Below, one piece after another: positions 8,468-17,025 of a stretch of 32,000 nucleotides of DNA. Each line of letters begins with the position of its first letter. The stretch's first letter is position 1. The stretch is from contig NZ_CP027570.1 of the NCBI RefSeq assembly GCF_003010495.1, positions 2,100,001 through 2,132,000 on the forward strand. The letters are read 5' to 3'. The position numbers and the translations under genes were made by a program. Below the pieces are notes generated by a model that had not been told where the DNA came from, ran no database searches, and was given only the letters and a program-made list of their open reading frames with translations. This DNA comes from Megasphaera elsdenii DSM 20460 (GTDB lineage: Bacteria > Bacillota > Negativicutes > Veillonellales > Megasphaeraceae).

Positions 8468-8920
8468 GTGATTATTACCAGAGAAACAGATTATGCCATC
8501 CGCATTTTACGGTCCCTGGCTGATTTACAATTGAAGAATATCCGGGAAATCAGTGATGAACAAATGGTACCCCGGCAATTTGCCTATAAGATTTCTAAAA
8601 AGCTCGAACGGGCCGGTTTCATCGAAATCATCCGCGGCGCCCAGGGCGGCTGCCGCCTGACCCGGGATTTGCATGACATTACCCTCATGGACATCATCAA
8701 CGTCATGGAACGGGAAAATATGATCACCAGCTGCCTGGATGGCGATTTCCAATGCCCCTATCATCGCCGTTACGGTTTCTGCGACGTCCACGAAGCCCTG
8801 GCTGGCGTACAGGGCAAGCTGTCGGCTTATTTGGCGACGATCCATTTGTATGACATCATGTTCCCCCACGGCGGCCCGGCGCCTGTGAAAGCGTCAGGGG
8901 CATCGCGGGACGCATTATAA
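8468..8920 (+). CDS. Rrf2 family transcriptional regulator, probable Fe-S cluster ligand set
   Basis: GTG start after RBS GAAGGAG. N-terminal ITRETDYAIRILRSLA and a winged-helix region typical of Rrf2 proteins. C-x6-C-x8-C-x2-H cluster in SCLDGDFQCPYHRRYGFCDVH. Confidence 0.85.
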   Translation: MIITRETDYAIRILRSLADLQLKNIREISDEQMVPRQFAYKISKKLERAGFIEIIRGAQGGCRLTRDLHDITLMDIINVMERENMITSCLDGDFQCPYHRRYGFCDVHEALAGVQGKLSAYLATIHLYDIMFPHGGPAPVKASGASRDAL

Positions 8921-8932
8921 AGGAGAAATTTT

Positions 8933-9409
8933 ATGAAAAAAAAGACGTTTATTGCCGTTTGCATGTTTGCCTTATGGATGGCCCTGATTTTGCCGGCCAT
9001 GCCGTCTTCCGTACAGGCTGCCAAAGGCGGTGGCGGTGTCCGCGTGTCGGCGCCGAAATCGCTGCCGGCGCCAAAGGCGGTGACGCCGAAAACCGGGACG
9101 GGCACAAAGGCAGCGCCCAATACGGGCAATACGAAACCCATCCAGGCTCAGCCGCGCAAGGCGGAAAGCCCGCAGGCCAATACGAACCGGACGACGTCTT
9201 CGTCCCGTCTGGGAAGCGTCATGCGTGGTGTCGGCCTCTTTGCCGGCGGCATGTTCCTGGGCAGTATGCTCAGCCATTTCTTTGGCTGGGGGTCCCTGGG
9301 CTGGGGCGCCGACATCCTCGGATTGTTAGTGAATATTTTCATTTTCTATCTGGTCATCAAAGGCATAACTTCCCTTTGGCGCTGGCTTCGCAACCGTCGA
9401 AGCAGGTGA
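8933..9409 (+). CDS. Hypothetical secreted/membrane-anchored protein with a low-complexity Pro/Lys/Thr/Ala-rich middle
   Basis: RBS AAAGGAGA. Signal-peptide-like N-terminus MKKKTFIAVCMFALWMALILPAMPSSVQA and a G-rich hydrophobic C-terminal region (GLFAGGMFLGSML...LLVNIFIFYLVI). I recognise no family. Confidence 0.6.
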   Translation: MKKKTFIAVCMFALWMALILPAMPSSVQAAKGGGGVRVSAPKSLPAPKAVTPKTGTGTKAAPNTGNTKPIQAQPRKAESPQANTNRTTSSSRLGSVMRGVGLFAGGMFLGSMLSHFFGWGSLGWGADILGLLVNIFIFYLVIKGITSLWRWLRNRRSR

Positions 9410-9412
9410 CGT

Positions 9413-10765
9413 ATGGACGAGTCATTTATGAAAGAACGGGCCATTTTGCCGCTCATCGTTTCCATGTCTCTGCCAGCCGTCGTGTCGATGATCGTCAATT
9501 CGCTCTATAATATTGTCGACAGCCTGTTCGTCGCCATGATTAGCGAACAGGCTATGACAGCTGTGTCCCTGGTCTTTCCGATGCAGAACTTCGTCAATGC
9601 TGTCTGCATCGGCTTTGGCGTCGGCCTGAATGCTATCATTTCCATCTGTCTCGGTGCGGGCCAGAAGGGGACAGCTGACGTAGCCGCGACACATGGCGTC
9701 TTCCTGGCTGTCATCCATGGTTTGGTCATGACGGCAGGCTGTATTTGGGCTGTGCCGGCTTTTTTATGGGCCTTTACGCAGGATGCCGGGCTCATCGACC
9801 TAGGCCTGCGCTATGCCGTCATCGTCTTTGCCTTTTCTACGATCCTCAGCGTCGACTTGGTTTATGAAAAGATGTTCCAAGCCGTTGGCCGCATGCAGGT
9901 TACTATGGTTGGCTTGTCTTTGGGCTGCCTGGTCAACATCATTGGCGACCCGATCCTCATTTTTGGCCTGGGACCGATTCCGGCCATGGGGATTGAAGGC
10001 GCGGCCTGGGCGACGGGCTTGGGCCAGACGGTGAACCTGCTCTTCTACGCCTTTATCTGTCACTGGCGGCCGCTGCGGGTCGAAGTCCGCCGCTGCCATC
10101 TCCATTGGGATATCGAACTCGATAAACGGCTCTATGGCATCGGCATCCCGGCAGCCCTCAACATGGGCTTGTCGTCGGTTTTCCTCGTCGCCTTGAACCA
10201 TTTCTTGGCGCCTTTTTCGCCGACTTATATTTTCATTCTCGGCGTCTATTATAAGCTCCAGACCTTTCTTTCTATGCCGACAAATGGTATCATTCAAGGT
10301 GTACGGCCGTTGATTGGCTATAATTACGGAGCTGGGGAATTGGGCCGCGTGCGCTCTATCTATCGGACGACGCTCGTTCTCAACGGCCTGATCATGATGG
10401 CAGGCTTGATCATCTGTCTGACTATACCGGACGTCCTCATGGGCTGGTTCACGTCTCGTCAGGAAACCATCGCAGCTGGCGCGTCGGCCTTGAGCATCAT
10501 TGCCTGGGGGAGCGTGCCGTCGGCTTTGTCCATTACGGCGTCTGGCGCTCTGGAAGGGCTGGGGAAGGGCAACCCGTCCTTTGCCATCACGCTGTTGCGC
10601 TACGTTGTCATCAGCCTGCCGGCGGCGTGGCTCCTCTGCCGCGTCTTTGGCCCTGATGGCGTGTGGCACGCCTTCTGGATCTTTGAATGTCTGGCAGCGC
10701 TCGCAGCCTGGAAGATTTATGACTACTATGCCCCAGCCGTTACGACAGAAAAGGAGTCGACATGA
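9413..10765 (+). CDS. MATE family efflux transporter
   Basis: 450-aa polytopic membrane protein. The N-terminus (ILPLIVSMSLPAVVSMIVNSLYNIVDSLFVA) and two-fold repeat organisation are typical of MATE/NorM-DinF proteins. An alternative start at 9428 is possible. Confidence 0.85.
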   Translation: MDESFMKERAILPLIVSMSLPAVVSMIVNSLYNIVDSLFVAMISEQAMTAVSLVFPMQNFVNAVCIGFGVGLNAIISICLGAGQKGTADVAATHGVFLAVIHGLVMTAGCIWAVPAFLWAFTQDAGLIDLGLRYAVIVFAFSTILSVDLVYEKMFQAVGRMQVTMVGLSLGCLVNIIGDPILIFGLGPIPAMGIEGAAWATGLGQTVNLLFYAFICHWRPLRVEVRRCHLHWDIELDKRLYGIGIPAALNMGLSSVFLVALNHFLAPFSPTYIFILGVYYKLQTFLSMPTNGIIQGVRPLIGYNYGAGELGRVRSIYRTTLVLNGLIMMAGLIICLTIPDVLMGWFTSRQETIAAGASALSIIAWGSVPSALSITASGALEGLGKGNPSFAITLLRYVVISLPAAWLLCRVFGPDGVWHAFWIFECLAALAAWKIYDYYAPAVTTEKEST

Positions 10766-11577
10766 AGTATAAAATCATTGCTTGTGATATGGATGAAACG
10801 CTGCTCAGCAGCGATGCGACGATTTGCCAGCGCAACATCGAAGCCATTACGGCGGCCATCGCCAAAGGTGTAAAATTCGTTCCCTGTACGGGTCGGGGGT
10901 TCCGTTCCATCGAAGGCGTCTTGAGGACTCTGGGGCTCTACGACCAGGCGGACCAGTATGTCATTGGTTTTAATGGGGCCCATATTACGGAAAATAAGGG
11001 CAGCCGATCCCTTTTCTGGAATCCCATTCCTTTCGACTTGGCCGACCGGATTTTCCGTCGCTGCTGTGCATACGGTCAATGTATGCATATCTATACGCGT
11101 GATGTCGTCTATATCACGAATATCACACCCGATGAAGAAGCGTTCCTCCACGGCCGCATGGGGTACGTGCCCGTCGAAGCGGAGAGCCTCGATTTCATCC
11201 GCGGCAAAGAAGAAGTCTGCAAGCTCATCGTGACTAATACGGATTACGAGTATCTACAGCAGATACACGCCGAAATCCGCCCCTTGTTGGACGATATTAC
11301 CGTCAGCTTTTCCAGTAACCGCTATATTGAATTCATGCACCGCGGCGTCAATAAGGGGGCGGGCTTGTGGAAACTGGCCGACCTCCTGGGCGTGCCTTAT
11401 GGAGAAACCCTGGCCATTGGCGACAACATCAATGATACGGATATGCTCAAAGCGGCTGGCCTTTCCGTCGGCGTCCACAATCTCAACCCCATCATCCGCC
11501 CGTATTGCGACGTCGTCACCGACGCCACCAATGATGAAGGTGCCGTAGCCGAAGCTATCGAGAAGTATGTGTTGTGA
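10762..11577 (+). CDS. Cof-type HAD-IIB family hydrolase (sugar-phosphate phosphatase-like)
   Basis: ATGA overlap with the MATE stop. Motif I IACDMDETLL (DxD), a later GDNINDTDML motif, and a C-terminal NDEGAVAEAIEKYV typical of Cof/YbiV-type proteins. Confidence 0.88.
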   Translation: MKYKIIACDMDETLLSSDATICQRNIEAITAAIAKGVKFVPCTGRGFRSIEGVLRTLGLYDQADQYVIGFNGAHITENKGSRSLFWNPIPFDLADRIFRRCCAYGQCMHIYTRDVVYITNITPDEEAFLHGRMGYVPVEAESLDFIRGKEEVCKLIVTNTDYEYLQQIHAEIRPLLDDITVSFSSNRYIEFMHRGVNKGAGLWKLADLLGVPYGETLAIGDNINDTDMLKAAGLSVGVHNLNPIIRPYCDVVTDATNDEGAVAEAIEKYVL

Positions 11578-11789
11578 GCGTGGTTCGTGGCTCGTAAGAA
11601 ACTGAACTGCGAAGGCCGCGGCTGTAGGTCGCAGACCGTAAGCCTCTCCTAATAGGAGAGGTGGCCCGCAGGGCCGGAGAGGTTGAACCTCTCAGTCAGC
11701 TGTGCTGACAACTCTCCTATGAAGAGAGCCAATGGGCATTTACATCTAAAGCCATCCACTAACAACTAACCACTAGTCACTAACAACTT
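11578..11789 (+). repeat. Structured intergenic module: heptad arm, multiple GGAGAGG/CCTCTCC hairpins, heptad arm
   Basis: CGT at 11579/11586/11593 begins directly after the stop codon. Hairpins at 11643-11661, 11676-11693, 11695-11709 and 11712-11728. ACT at 11758/11765/11772/11779/11786 keeps an exact 7-nt phase just before the terminator. Confidence 0.7.
11637..11669 (+). repeat. Variant of the REP-like motif (same flanks, different stem)
   Basis: CGTAAGCCTCTCCTAATAGGAGAGGTGGCCCGC. It keeps the CGTA...CCCGC flanks around a different 7-bp stem. Confidence 0.45.
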
Positions 11790-11823
11790 AAAAGGAGCTG
11801 TCGCGATGCGACAGCTCCTTTTG
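11790..11823 (+). terminator. Rho-independent terminator after the Rrf2-to-Cof gene string
   Basis: AAAAGGAGCTGTCGC-GAT-GCGACAGCTCCTTTT, a perfect 11-bp stem with a T-tract. Confidence 0.85.
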
Positions 11824-11832
11824 TGCTATAAT
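11824..11832 (+). promoter_or_regulatory. Candidate extended -10 promoter (TGcTATAAT) for the transketolase genes
   Basis: TGCTATAAT abuts the terminator T-tract, 24 nt upstream of ATG 11856. I see no good -35. Confidence 0.45.
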
Positions 11833-11855
11833 ATAAGGCAAAAGGGGGCTTTCTC

Positions 11856-12674
11856 ATGGATAGCAAAGAATTGAGCCGTCATGCGGCTCACGTGCGGCGG
11901 AATATCGTCAAGATGGTCACCCTGGCCCAGTCCGGTCATCCCGGCGGCTCTTTGTCCATCGTCGATATGCTGCAAGTCTTGTATTTCGATGTCATGCGGA
12001 TCGATCCCAAGCGGCCTCATTGGCCGGACCGGGACCGCTTCGTCCTTTCCAAAGGCCATACAGTACCGGCCCTGTATGCGACGCTGGCTGAACGGGGATT
12101 TTTCCCGGAAGACGAATTGTGGCACCTGCGCCAGTGCGGTGCTATGCTCCAAGGCAATCCCGACATGAATACGACGCCGGGTATCGACATGACGACGGGA
12201 TCCCTGGGACAGGGATTGTCCGCGGCTAACGGCATGGCCATGACGGCCAAGCTGGACGGAGCCGATTGGCGGGTCTACGTCATCGCCGGCGACGGTGAAA
12301 TCGAAGAAGGCCAGATCTGGGAAGCGGCTATGTCAGCAGCTCAGTATAAGCTGGATAACCTGACGCTGTTCATCGACCACAACGGCCTGCAGATCGACGG
12401 GTCCAATGAAGAAGTCATGGACGTCATGCCCATTGCCGACAAGTTCCGGGCCTTTCGCTGGAACGTCCTGGAAATCGACGGCCACGATTATGATGCCATC
12501 TGCGCTGCATTGCGGCAGGCTCAGGCCGTGAAAGGGAAGCCGACAGTCATCATCGCCCAGACCGTCAAGGGCAAAGGCGTATCGTTCATGGAAAATGCCG
12601 TGTCCTGGCATGGCAAGGCGCCGACGAAAGAAGAATGTGAACGGGCGTTACGTGAATTAGGGGGCGAAGGCTGA
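11856..12674 (+). CDS. Transketolase, N-terminal (TPP-binding) subunit
   Basis: RBS AAAGGGGG. HPGGSLSIVDMLQVLYF, GHTVPALYA and GDGEIEEGQIWEA are typical of split transketolase subunit A. Confidence 0.93.
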   Translation: MDSKELSRHAAHVRRNIVKMVTLAQSGHPGGSLSIVDMLQVLYFDVMRIDPKRPHWPDRDRFVLSKGHTVPALYATLAERGFFPEDELWHLRQCGAMLQGNPDMNTTPGIDMTTGSLGQGLSAANGMAMTAKLDGADWRVYVIAGDGEIEEGQIWEAAMSAAQYKLDNLTLFIDHNGLQIDGSNEEVMDVMPIADKFRAFRWNVLEIDGHDYDAICAALRQAQAVKGKPTVIIAQTVKGKGVSFMENAVSWHGKAPTKEECERALRELGGEG

Positions 12675-13594
12675 TGGCAATGGCAACACGTGATGCTTAC
12701 GGGCATCTCTTAGAAACGGAATTGTATAAAAATCCCAAGATCGTCGTCCTCGACGCCGACCTGGGCTCGTCGACGCGGTCCATCGCTTTTAAGGAGGTCG
12801 CGCCGGAACGCTACTTCGACATGGGCATTTCCGAACAGGATATGATGGGGACAGCTGCCGGCTTTGCCGCTTGCGGCAAGATTCCCCTGGCCAGCACCTT
12901 TGCCGTTTTCGGTACAGGCCGTGCTTTTGAACAGATCCGCAACTCCATCTGCCTGCCGCGGCTCAACGTCAAAATCTGTGCGACCCATGCCGGCCTCAGC
13001 GTCGGAGAAGACGGGGCGACCCACCAGTCCGTCGAAGACATGGCTATCATGCGCAGCCTGCCGAACATGACCGTCGTCTGTCCTGCTGATGGAGCGGAAA
13101 CGGAAGCTGTCATCCGGGCGGCTGTCGCCCATGATGGGCCAGTCTACGTGCGCATGGGTCGTGCCCCAGTCGACGATATCTACCAGCATGGCTGCCCCTT
13201 CCAGTGGGGGAAGGGGACAATGCTGCGCGACGGCTGTGATGCCGCTGTCATCGCAACGGGACTCATGGTCCAGGAAGCCTTGAAAGCGGCTGACATCCTG
13301 GCTAACCGGGGGCGCCAGGTCATGGTCATCGACATGGCCGCTATCAAGCCCCTGGACGAAGACCTGGTCGTCGCTGCGGCCAAACAGACGGGTTTCGTCG
13401 TCACAGCTGAAGAACACAGCGTCATCGGCGGCCTGGGCAGTGCCGTGGCAGAAACCTTGTCGCGCCGCCATCCGACCCGCCAGGCCTATGTCGGCATCGA
13501 TGATTGTTTCGGCGAATCGGGCAAGGCCGGAGAACTCTTGCAGAAATACGGCCTTACGGCAGAGGCCATCGTCAAGGCTTGCCTTTTGGCCTGA
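12674..13594 (+). CDS. Transketolase, C-terminal (pyrimidine-binding) subunit
   Basis: TGATG overlap with the upstream stop. FDMGISEQDMMGTAAGFA and HAGLSVGEDGATHQSVEDMAIMRSLPNMTVVCPAD are typical of split transketolase subunit B. Confidence 0.93.
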   Translation: MAMATRDAYGHLLETELYKNPKIVVLDADLGSSTRSIAFKEVAPERYFDMGISEQDMMGTAAGFAACGKIPLASTFAVFGTGRAFEQIRNSICLPRLNVKICATHAGLSVGEDGATHQSVEDMAIMRSLPNMTVVCPADGAETEAVIRAAVAHDGPVYVRMGRAPVDDIYQHGCPFQWGKGTMLRDGCDAAVIATGLMVQEALKAADILANRGRQVMVIDMAAIKPLDEDLVVAAAKQTGFVVTAEEHSVIGGLGSAVAETLSRRHPTRQAYVGIDDCFGESGKAGELLQKYGLTAEAIVKACLLA

Positions 13595-13658
13595 TTTTCA
13601 GTATGATAAAAAGCGGCGGACCTCGGTGCGCTAAATTGAAGAAAGGAAACATGAATAC

Positions 13659-15167
13659 ATGATTTCTACAGAAGCAATGATGAAATTACAGAATGGCAGT
13701 GATGTCCGCGGCGTCGCCGTTGCCGGCGTCCCCGGTGAAGACGTCACGTTGGTACCGGAAGCGGTCAACCGCATTGCCGCTGGCTTTGCCAAGTTTTTGG
13801 CGAAGAAGCTGAATAAACAGGTGAGTGACTTGCACATTGCCGTCGGCCACGATTCCCGTGTATCGGCAGCTATGATGAAAGAAGCCGTCTTCGGCGGCCT
13901 CCTCGGTCAAGGCGTCCACGTCACGGATTGCGGCCTGGCTTCGACACCGGCTATGTTCATGTCCATCATTTTTGAAGATACTCACATGGATGGCTCCATC
14001 ATGATTACGGCCAGCCATTTGCCGTATAACCGCAACGGATTGAAATTCTTTACCGTCGACGGCGGTCTGGAAAAGAGCGAGGTCACGGAAGTCCTGAGCC
14101 TGGCTTCCCAGTCGTCGGCCATGGCTGTCTCGTCGGCTGCCATTGCCTCGCTGGACCTGATCGACCTCTATTCGCTGCATCTGCGCCGCAAGATCTGCGC
14201 CGGCCTCTGTGCCGGGATGTACGACCGTCCTTTGGAAGGGATGCACATCGTCGTCGATGCCGGCAACGGCAGCGGCGGATTCTTTGCCACCAAGGTCCTT
14301 TCTGAACTCGGCGCCGATACGACGGGCAGCCAGTTCCTCGAACCGGATGGCATGTTCCCGAACCATATCCCTAACCCGGAAAATGCCGACGCCATGGCGT
14401 CGATCCGCCAGGCCGTCCTCGACAACAAAGCCGACCTGGGCCTCATCTTCGACACCGACGTCGACCGCATGAGCGCCGTCCTGCCCGATGGGAAAGAAAT
14501 CAACCGCAATGCCCTCATCGCTATGATGGCCGCTATCCTGGCGCCCGATTATCCTGGCAGCACCATCGTCACCGACTCGGTCACGTCGGATGAACTGACG
14601 ACGTTCCTCCAGGATGAACTCCACTTGGTCCATCACCGCTACATGCGGGGCTATAAAAATGTCATCGACGAATGTATCCGCCTCAACGAGGCCGGCACGG
14701 TCTCGCCGCTGGCCATCGAAACGTCGGGCCACGGTGCGCTGAGCGAAAACTACTACCTCGACGACGGTGCCTACCTGGCGGTCAAACTGCTCATCGCTGC
14801 GGCGAAAGCCAAGAAAGAAGGCAAACAGCTCGGCGACCTCATCGCCAAACTGGGCCATCCGGCAGAAGGCGTCGAATTTCGCTTGAAAATCACCGGCACT
14901 GATGGTGTCCAGGCCTATGGCGCTGACGTGCTCAAACAGTTCGAAGACCGGGCCGCTGCAGCCGGCATTTCCATCGCCAAGCCGTCCTATGAAGGCGTGC
15001 GCCTCGTATTCCCCAACGGCTGGGCCCTGTTGCGCATGTCCCTCCACGACCCGAACATGCCGCTGAATATCGAAAGCAGGGAAAAAGGCGGCTGCCAGCA
15101 GATCGCCAGCCAGGTGAAAGGCCTGCTTACGGGCTTTGAACACCTCGATACCAGCGTAATCCAGTAA
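13659..15167 (+). CDS. Alpha-D-phosphohexomutase family protein (phosphomannomutase/phosphoglucomutase-like)
   Basis: Active-site serine loop ITASHLPYNRNGLKFF, metal loop FDTDVDRMSAV (DxDxDR), and sugar loop ETSGHGAL. The start could be 13659 or the internal ATGs at 13677/13680. Confidence 0.85.
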   Translation: MISTEAMMKLQNGSDVRGVAVAGVPGEDVTLVPEAVNRIAAGFAKFLAKKLNKQVSDLHIAVGHDSRVSAAMMKEAVFGGLLGQGVHVTDCGLASTPAMFMSIIFEDTHMDGSIMITASHLPYNRNGLKFFTVDGGLEKSEVTEVLSLASQSSAMAVSSAAIASLDLIDLYSLHLRRKICAGLCAGMYDRPLEGMHIVVDAGNGSGGFFATKVLSELGADTTGSQFLEPDGMFPNHIPNPENADAMASIRQAVLDNKADLGLIFDTDVDRMSAVLPDGKEINRNALIAMMAAILAPDYPGSTIVTDSVTSDELTTFLQDELHLVHHRYMRGYKNVIDECIRLNEAGTVSPLAIETSGHGALSENYYLDDGAYLAVKLLIAAAKAKKEGKQLGDLIAKLGHPAEGVEFRLKITGTDGVQAYGADVLKQFEDRAAAAGISIAKPSYEGVRLVFPNGWALLRMSLHDPNMPLNIESREKGGCQQIASQVKGLLTGFEHLDTSVIQ

Positions 15168-15176
15168 GACGTAACG

Positions 15177-15208
15177 AAAAGAACCCTTGACCCAAGGGTT
15201 CTTTTTTT
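15177..15208 (+). terminator. Rho-independent terminator after the phosphohexomutase gene
   Basis: GAACCCTT (15181-15188) pairs with AAGGGTTC (15194-15201). Loop GACCC, then T7. Confidence 0.88.
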
Positions 15209-15215
15209 GTATAAT
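15187..15215 (+). promoter_or_regulatory. Sigma-70-type promoter of the fhs leader, with its -35 inside the preceding terminator
   Basis: TTGACC (15187-15192), 17-nt spacer, TATAAT (15210-15215). The predicted transcription start lies a few nt before the riboswitch P1 stem. Confidence 0.65.
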
Positions 15216-15224
15216 AAGGCCATA

Positions 15225-15317
15225 ATCATGTGACTGACGGAAGTGGAGTTACCACGGGGAGCATGATTTCTTGAAGCCGACCGTCTGGGCAAACTTCCAG
15301 CGGAGCGGCCTTTTTTT
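15225..15317 (+). promoter_or_regulatory. ZTP (pfl-motif) riboswitch with a terminator expression platform
   Basis: P1 is ATCATG/CATGAT. GUGACUGACG, GUGG-AGUUA-CCAC and GGGGAGC are followed after a linker by CCGUCUGGGCA. These match my recollection of the pfl consensus (GUGACUGGCG...CCACC GGGGAGC...CCGCCUGGGCA), with a compensatory GACG/CGUC change in the pseudoknot. The hairpin GCCG-A-CCG-T-CTGG/CCAG-CGG-AG-CGGC plus T7 (15276-15317) overlaps the 3' subdomain. The element sits upstream of folate C1 genes. Confidence 0.85.
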
Positions 15318-15344
15318 ATGCAGAGAACAGGAGTGACAACTACT

Positions 15345-17024
15345 ATGGCAAAGGTATTGAGCGATATCGAAATTGCACAGCAGACGAAATTGGAACCGAT
15401 TACGGCCATTGCAAACCAAGTCGGCCTCACCGATGATGACTTGGAACTCTACGGAAAATATAAAGCAAAGATTTCTTTTGACGCCATCAAACGCCTCTCG
15501 AAGAACGAAGATGGGAAACTGGTCCTGGTCACGGCCATTACGCCGACGCCGGCCGGCGAAGGCAAGACCTTGACGACCATCGGCCTGGCCCAGGCCCTGA
15601 ACTACATGGGTCATAAAGCCGTCGTCGCCCTGCGCGAACCGTCCCTGGGACCGGTCTTCGGCATCAAAGGCGGTGCTGCCGGCGGTGGTTACTCCCAGGT
15701 CCTGCCGATGGAAGACATCAACCTGCATTTTACCGGCGACATGCATGCCATTACGGCTGCCAACAACCTCTTGGCCGCAGCCATCGATAATCACGTCCAC
15801 CAGGGCAATGCCCTGCGCATCGACGTGCGCCGCGTCATCTGGAAGCGCGTCATGGACATGAACGACCGGGCCCTGCGCAACATCGTCGTCGGCATGGGCG
15901 GCAAAGTCTGCGGTTTCCCGCGGGAAGACCACTTCATGATTACTGTCGCATCGGAAATCATGGCAGCCCTCTGCCTGGCCAGTGACCTCATGGACCTCAA
16001 GAAACGCATGGGCGACATCACCGTAGCCTATGACCTGGACGGCAATCTGGTCACGGCCCGCCAGCTCGGCGTCGAAGGGGCTATGGCCATCCTCATGAAG
16101 GATGCCATCAAACCGAACCTGGTCCAGACTATCGAACACACGCCGGCCCTGGTCCACGGCGGGCCTTTCGCCAATATCGCCCACGGATGTAACTCCGTCG
16201 TCGCTACTAAACTAGCTATGAAGATGGGGGACATCGCCGTTACAGAAGCCGGTTTTGGTGCCGACTTGGGTGCTGAAAAATTCATGGACATCAAATGCCG
16301 TTTCGCCGGTATCAAACCGGATGCCGTCGTCATCGTCGCCACGGTCCGTGCCTTGAAGATGCATGGTGGCGTCGACAAGAAGAACTTGCAGGAAGAAAAT
16401 GTCGAAGCTTTGAAGAAGGGCTTTGCCAACCTGGCAAAACATATCGAAAATATGCGTCTCTTCGACGTGCCTGTCGTCGTAGGCATCAATAAATTTATCA
16501 GCGATACAGACGAAGAAATCGCAACGCTCCGTAAACTCTGCGAAGATTACGGCGTCGAAGTCGCCCTCAACAACTGCTGGGCCGAAGGAGGCAAAGGCGG
16601 CGTCGAAATGGGCGAAAAAGTCCTGAAACTGCTGCAACAGCCCAAGACGCCGTACAAACCGCTGTACGACGTCAACGATTCCATTCCCAAGAAGATGGAA
16701 ACCATCGTCAAGAAAGTCTACGGCGGCGACGGCGTCATCTTCGAAGGCAACGCCCAGAAACAGATCAAAGAATTGGAAGCTTTTGGCCTCGACAAAATGC
16801 CGATTTGTGTGGCCAAGACGCAGTACTCCCTGTCCGATAACCCGGCGCTCCTCGGTGCGCCCAAGGGCTTCAAGGTCACGGTCAAGGACGTCCGCGTCTG
16901 CACCGGTGCCGGCTTCATCGTCTGCCAGACGAGCAACATCATGACCATGCCGGGCCTGCCGAAAGTACCGGCTGCCAACCGCATGGACATCGACGAAAAC
17001 GGCGTCATTACGGGATTGTTCTAA
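15345..17024 (+). CDS. fhs: Formate--tetrahydrofolate ligase
   Basis: [19 protein letters not shown]..., [29 protein letters not shown] and a C-terminal ...[11 protein letters not shown]. Starting at ATG 15345 gives the usual ~559 aa; the 15318 ATG lies in the riboswitch terminator T-tract. Confidence 0.95.
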   Translation: MAKVLSDIEIAQQTKLEPITAIANQVGLTDDDLELYGKYKAKISFDAIKRLSKNEDGKLVLVTAITPTPAGEGKTLTTIGLAQALNYMGHKAVVALREPSLGPVFGIKGGAAGGGYSQVLPMEDINLHFTGDMHAITAANNLLAAAIDNHVHQGNALRIDVRRVIWKRVMDMNDRALRNIVVGMGGKVCGFPREDHFMITVASEIMAALCLASDLMDLKKRMGDITVAYDLDGNLVTARQLGVEGAMAILMKDAIKPNLVQTIEHTPALVHGGPFANIAHGCNSVVATKLAMKMGDIAVTEAGFGADLGAEKFMDIKCRFAGIKPDAVVIVATVRALKMHGGVDKKNLQEENVEALKKGFANLAKHIENMRLFDVPVVVGINKFISDTDEEIATLRKLCEDYGVEVALNNCWAEGGKGGVEMGEKVLKLLQQPKTPYKPLYDVNDSIPKKMETIVKKVYGGDGVIFEGNAQKQIKELEAFGLDKMPICVAKTQYSLSDNPALLGAPKGFKVTVKDVRVCTGAGFIVCQTSNIMTMPGLPKVPAANRMDIDENGVITGLF

Positions 17025-17025
17025 G

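Noticed and set aside
13686-15143. 485-aa ORF on the - strand
   Set aside because: It is antisense to the phosphohexomutase gene, which has all the catalytic motifs. It is a shadow ORF.
15249-16184. 311-aa ORF on the - strand, plus 16212-17180 and 17008-17706 on the - strand
   Set aside because: They are antisense to fhs/fchA and run through the riboswitch and terminator. They show no family resemblance.
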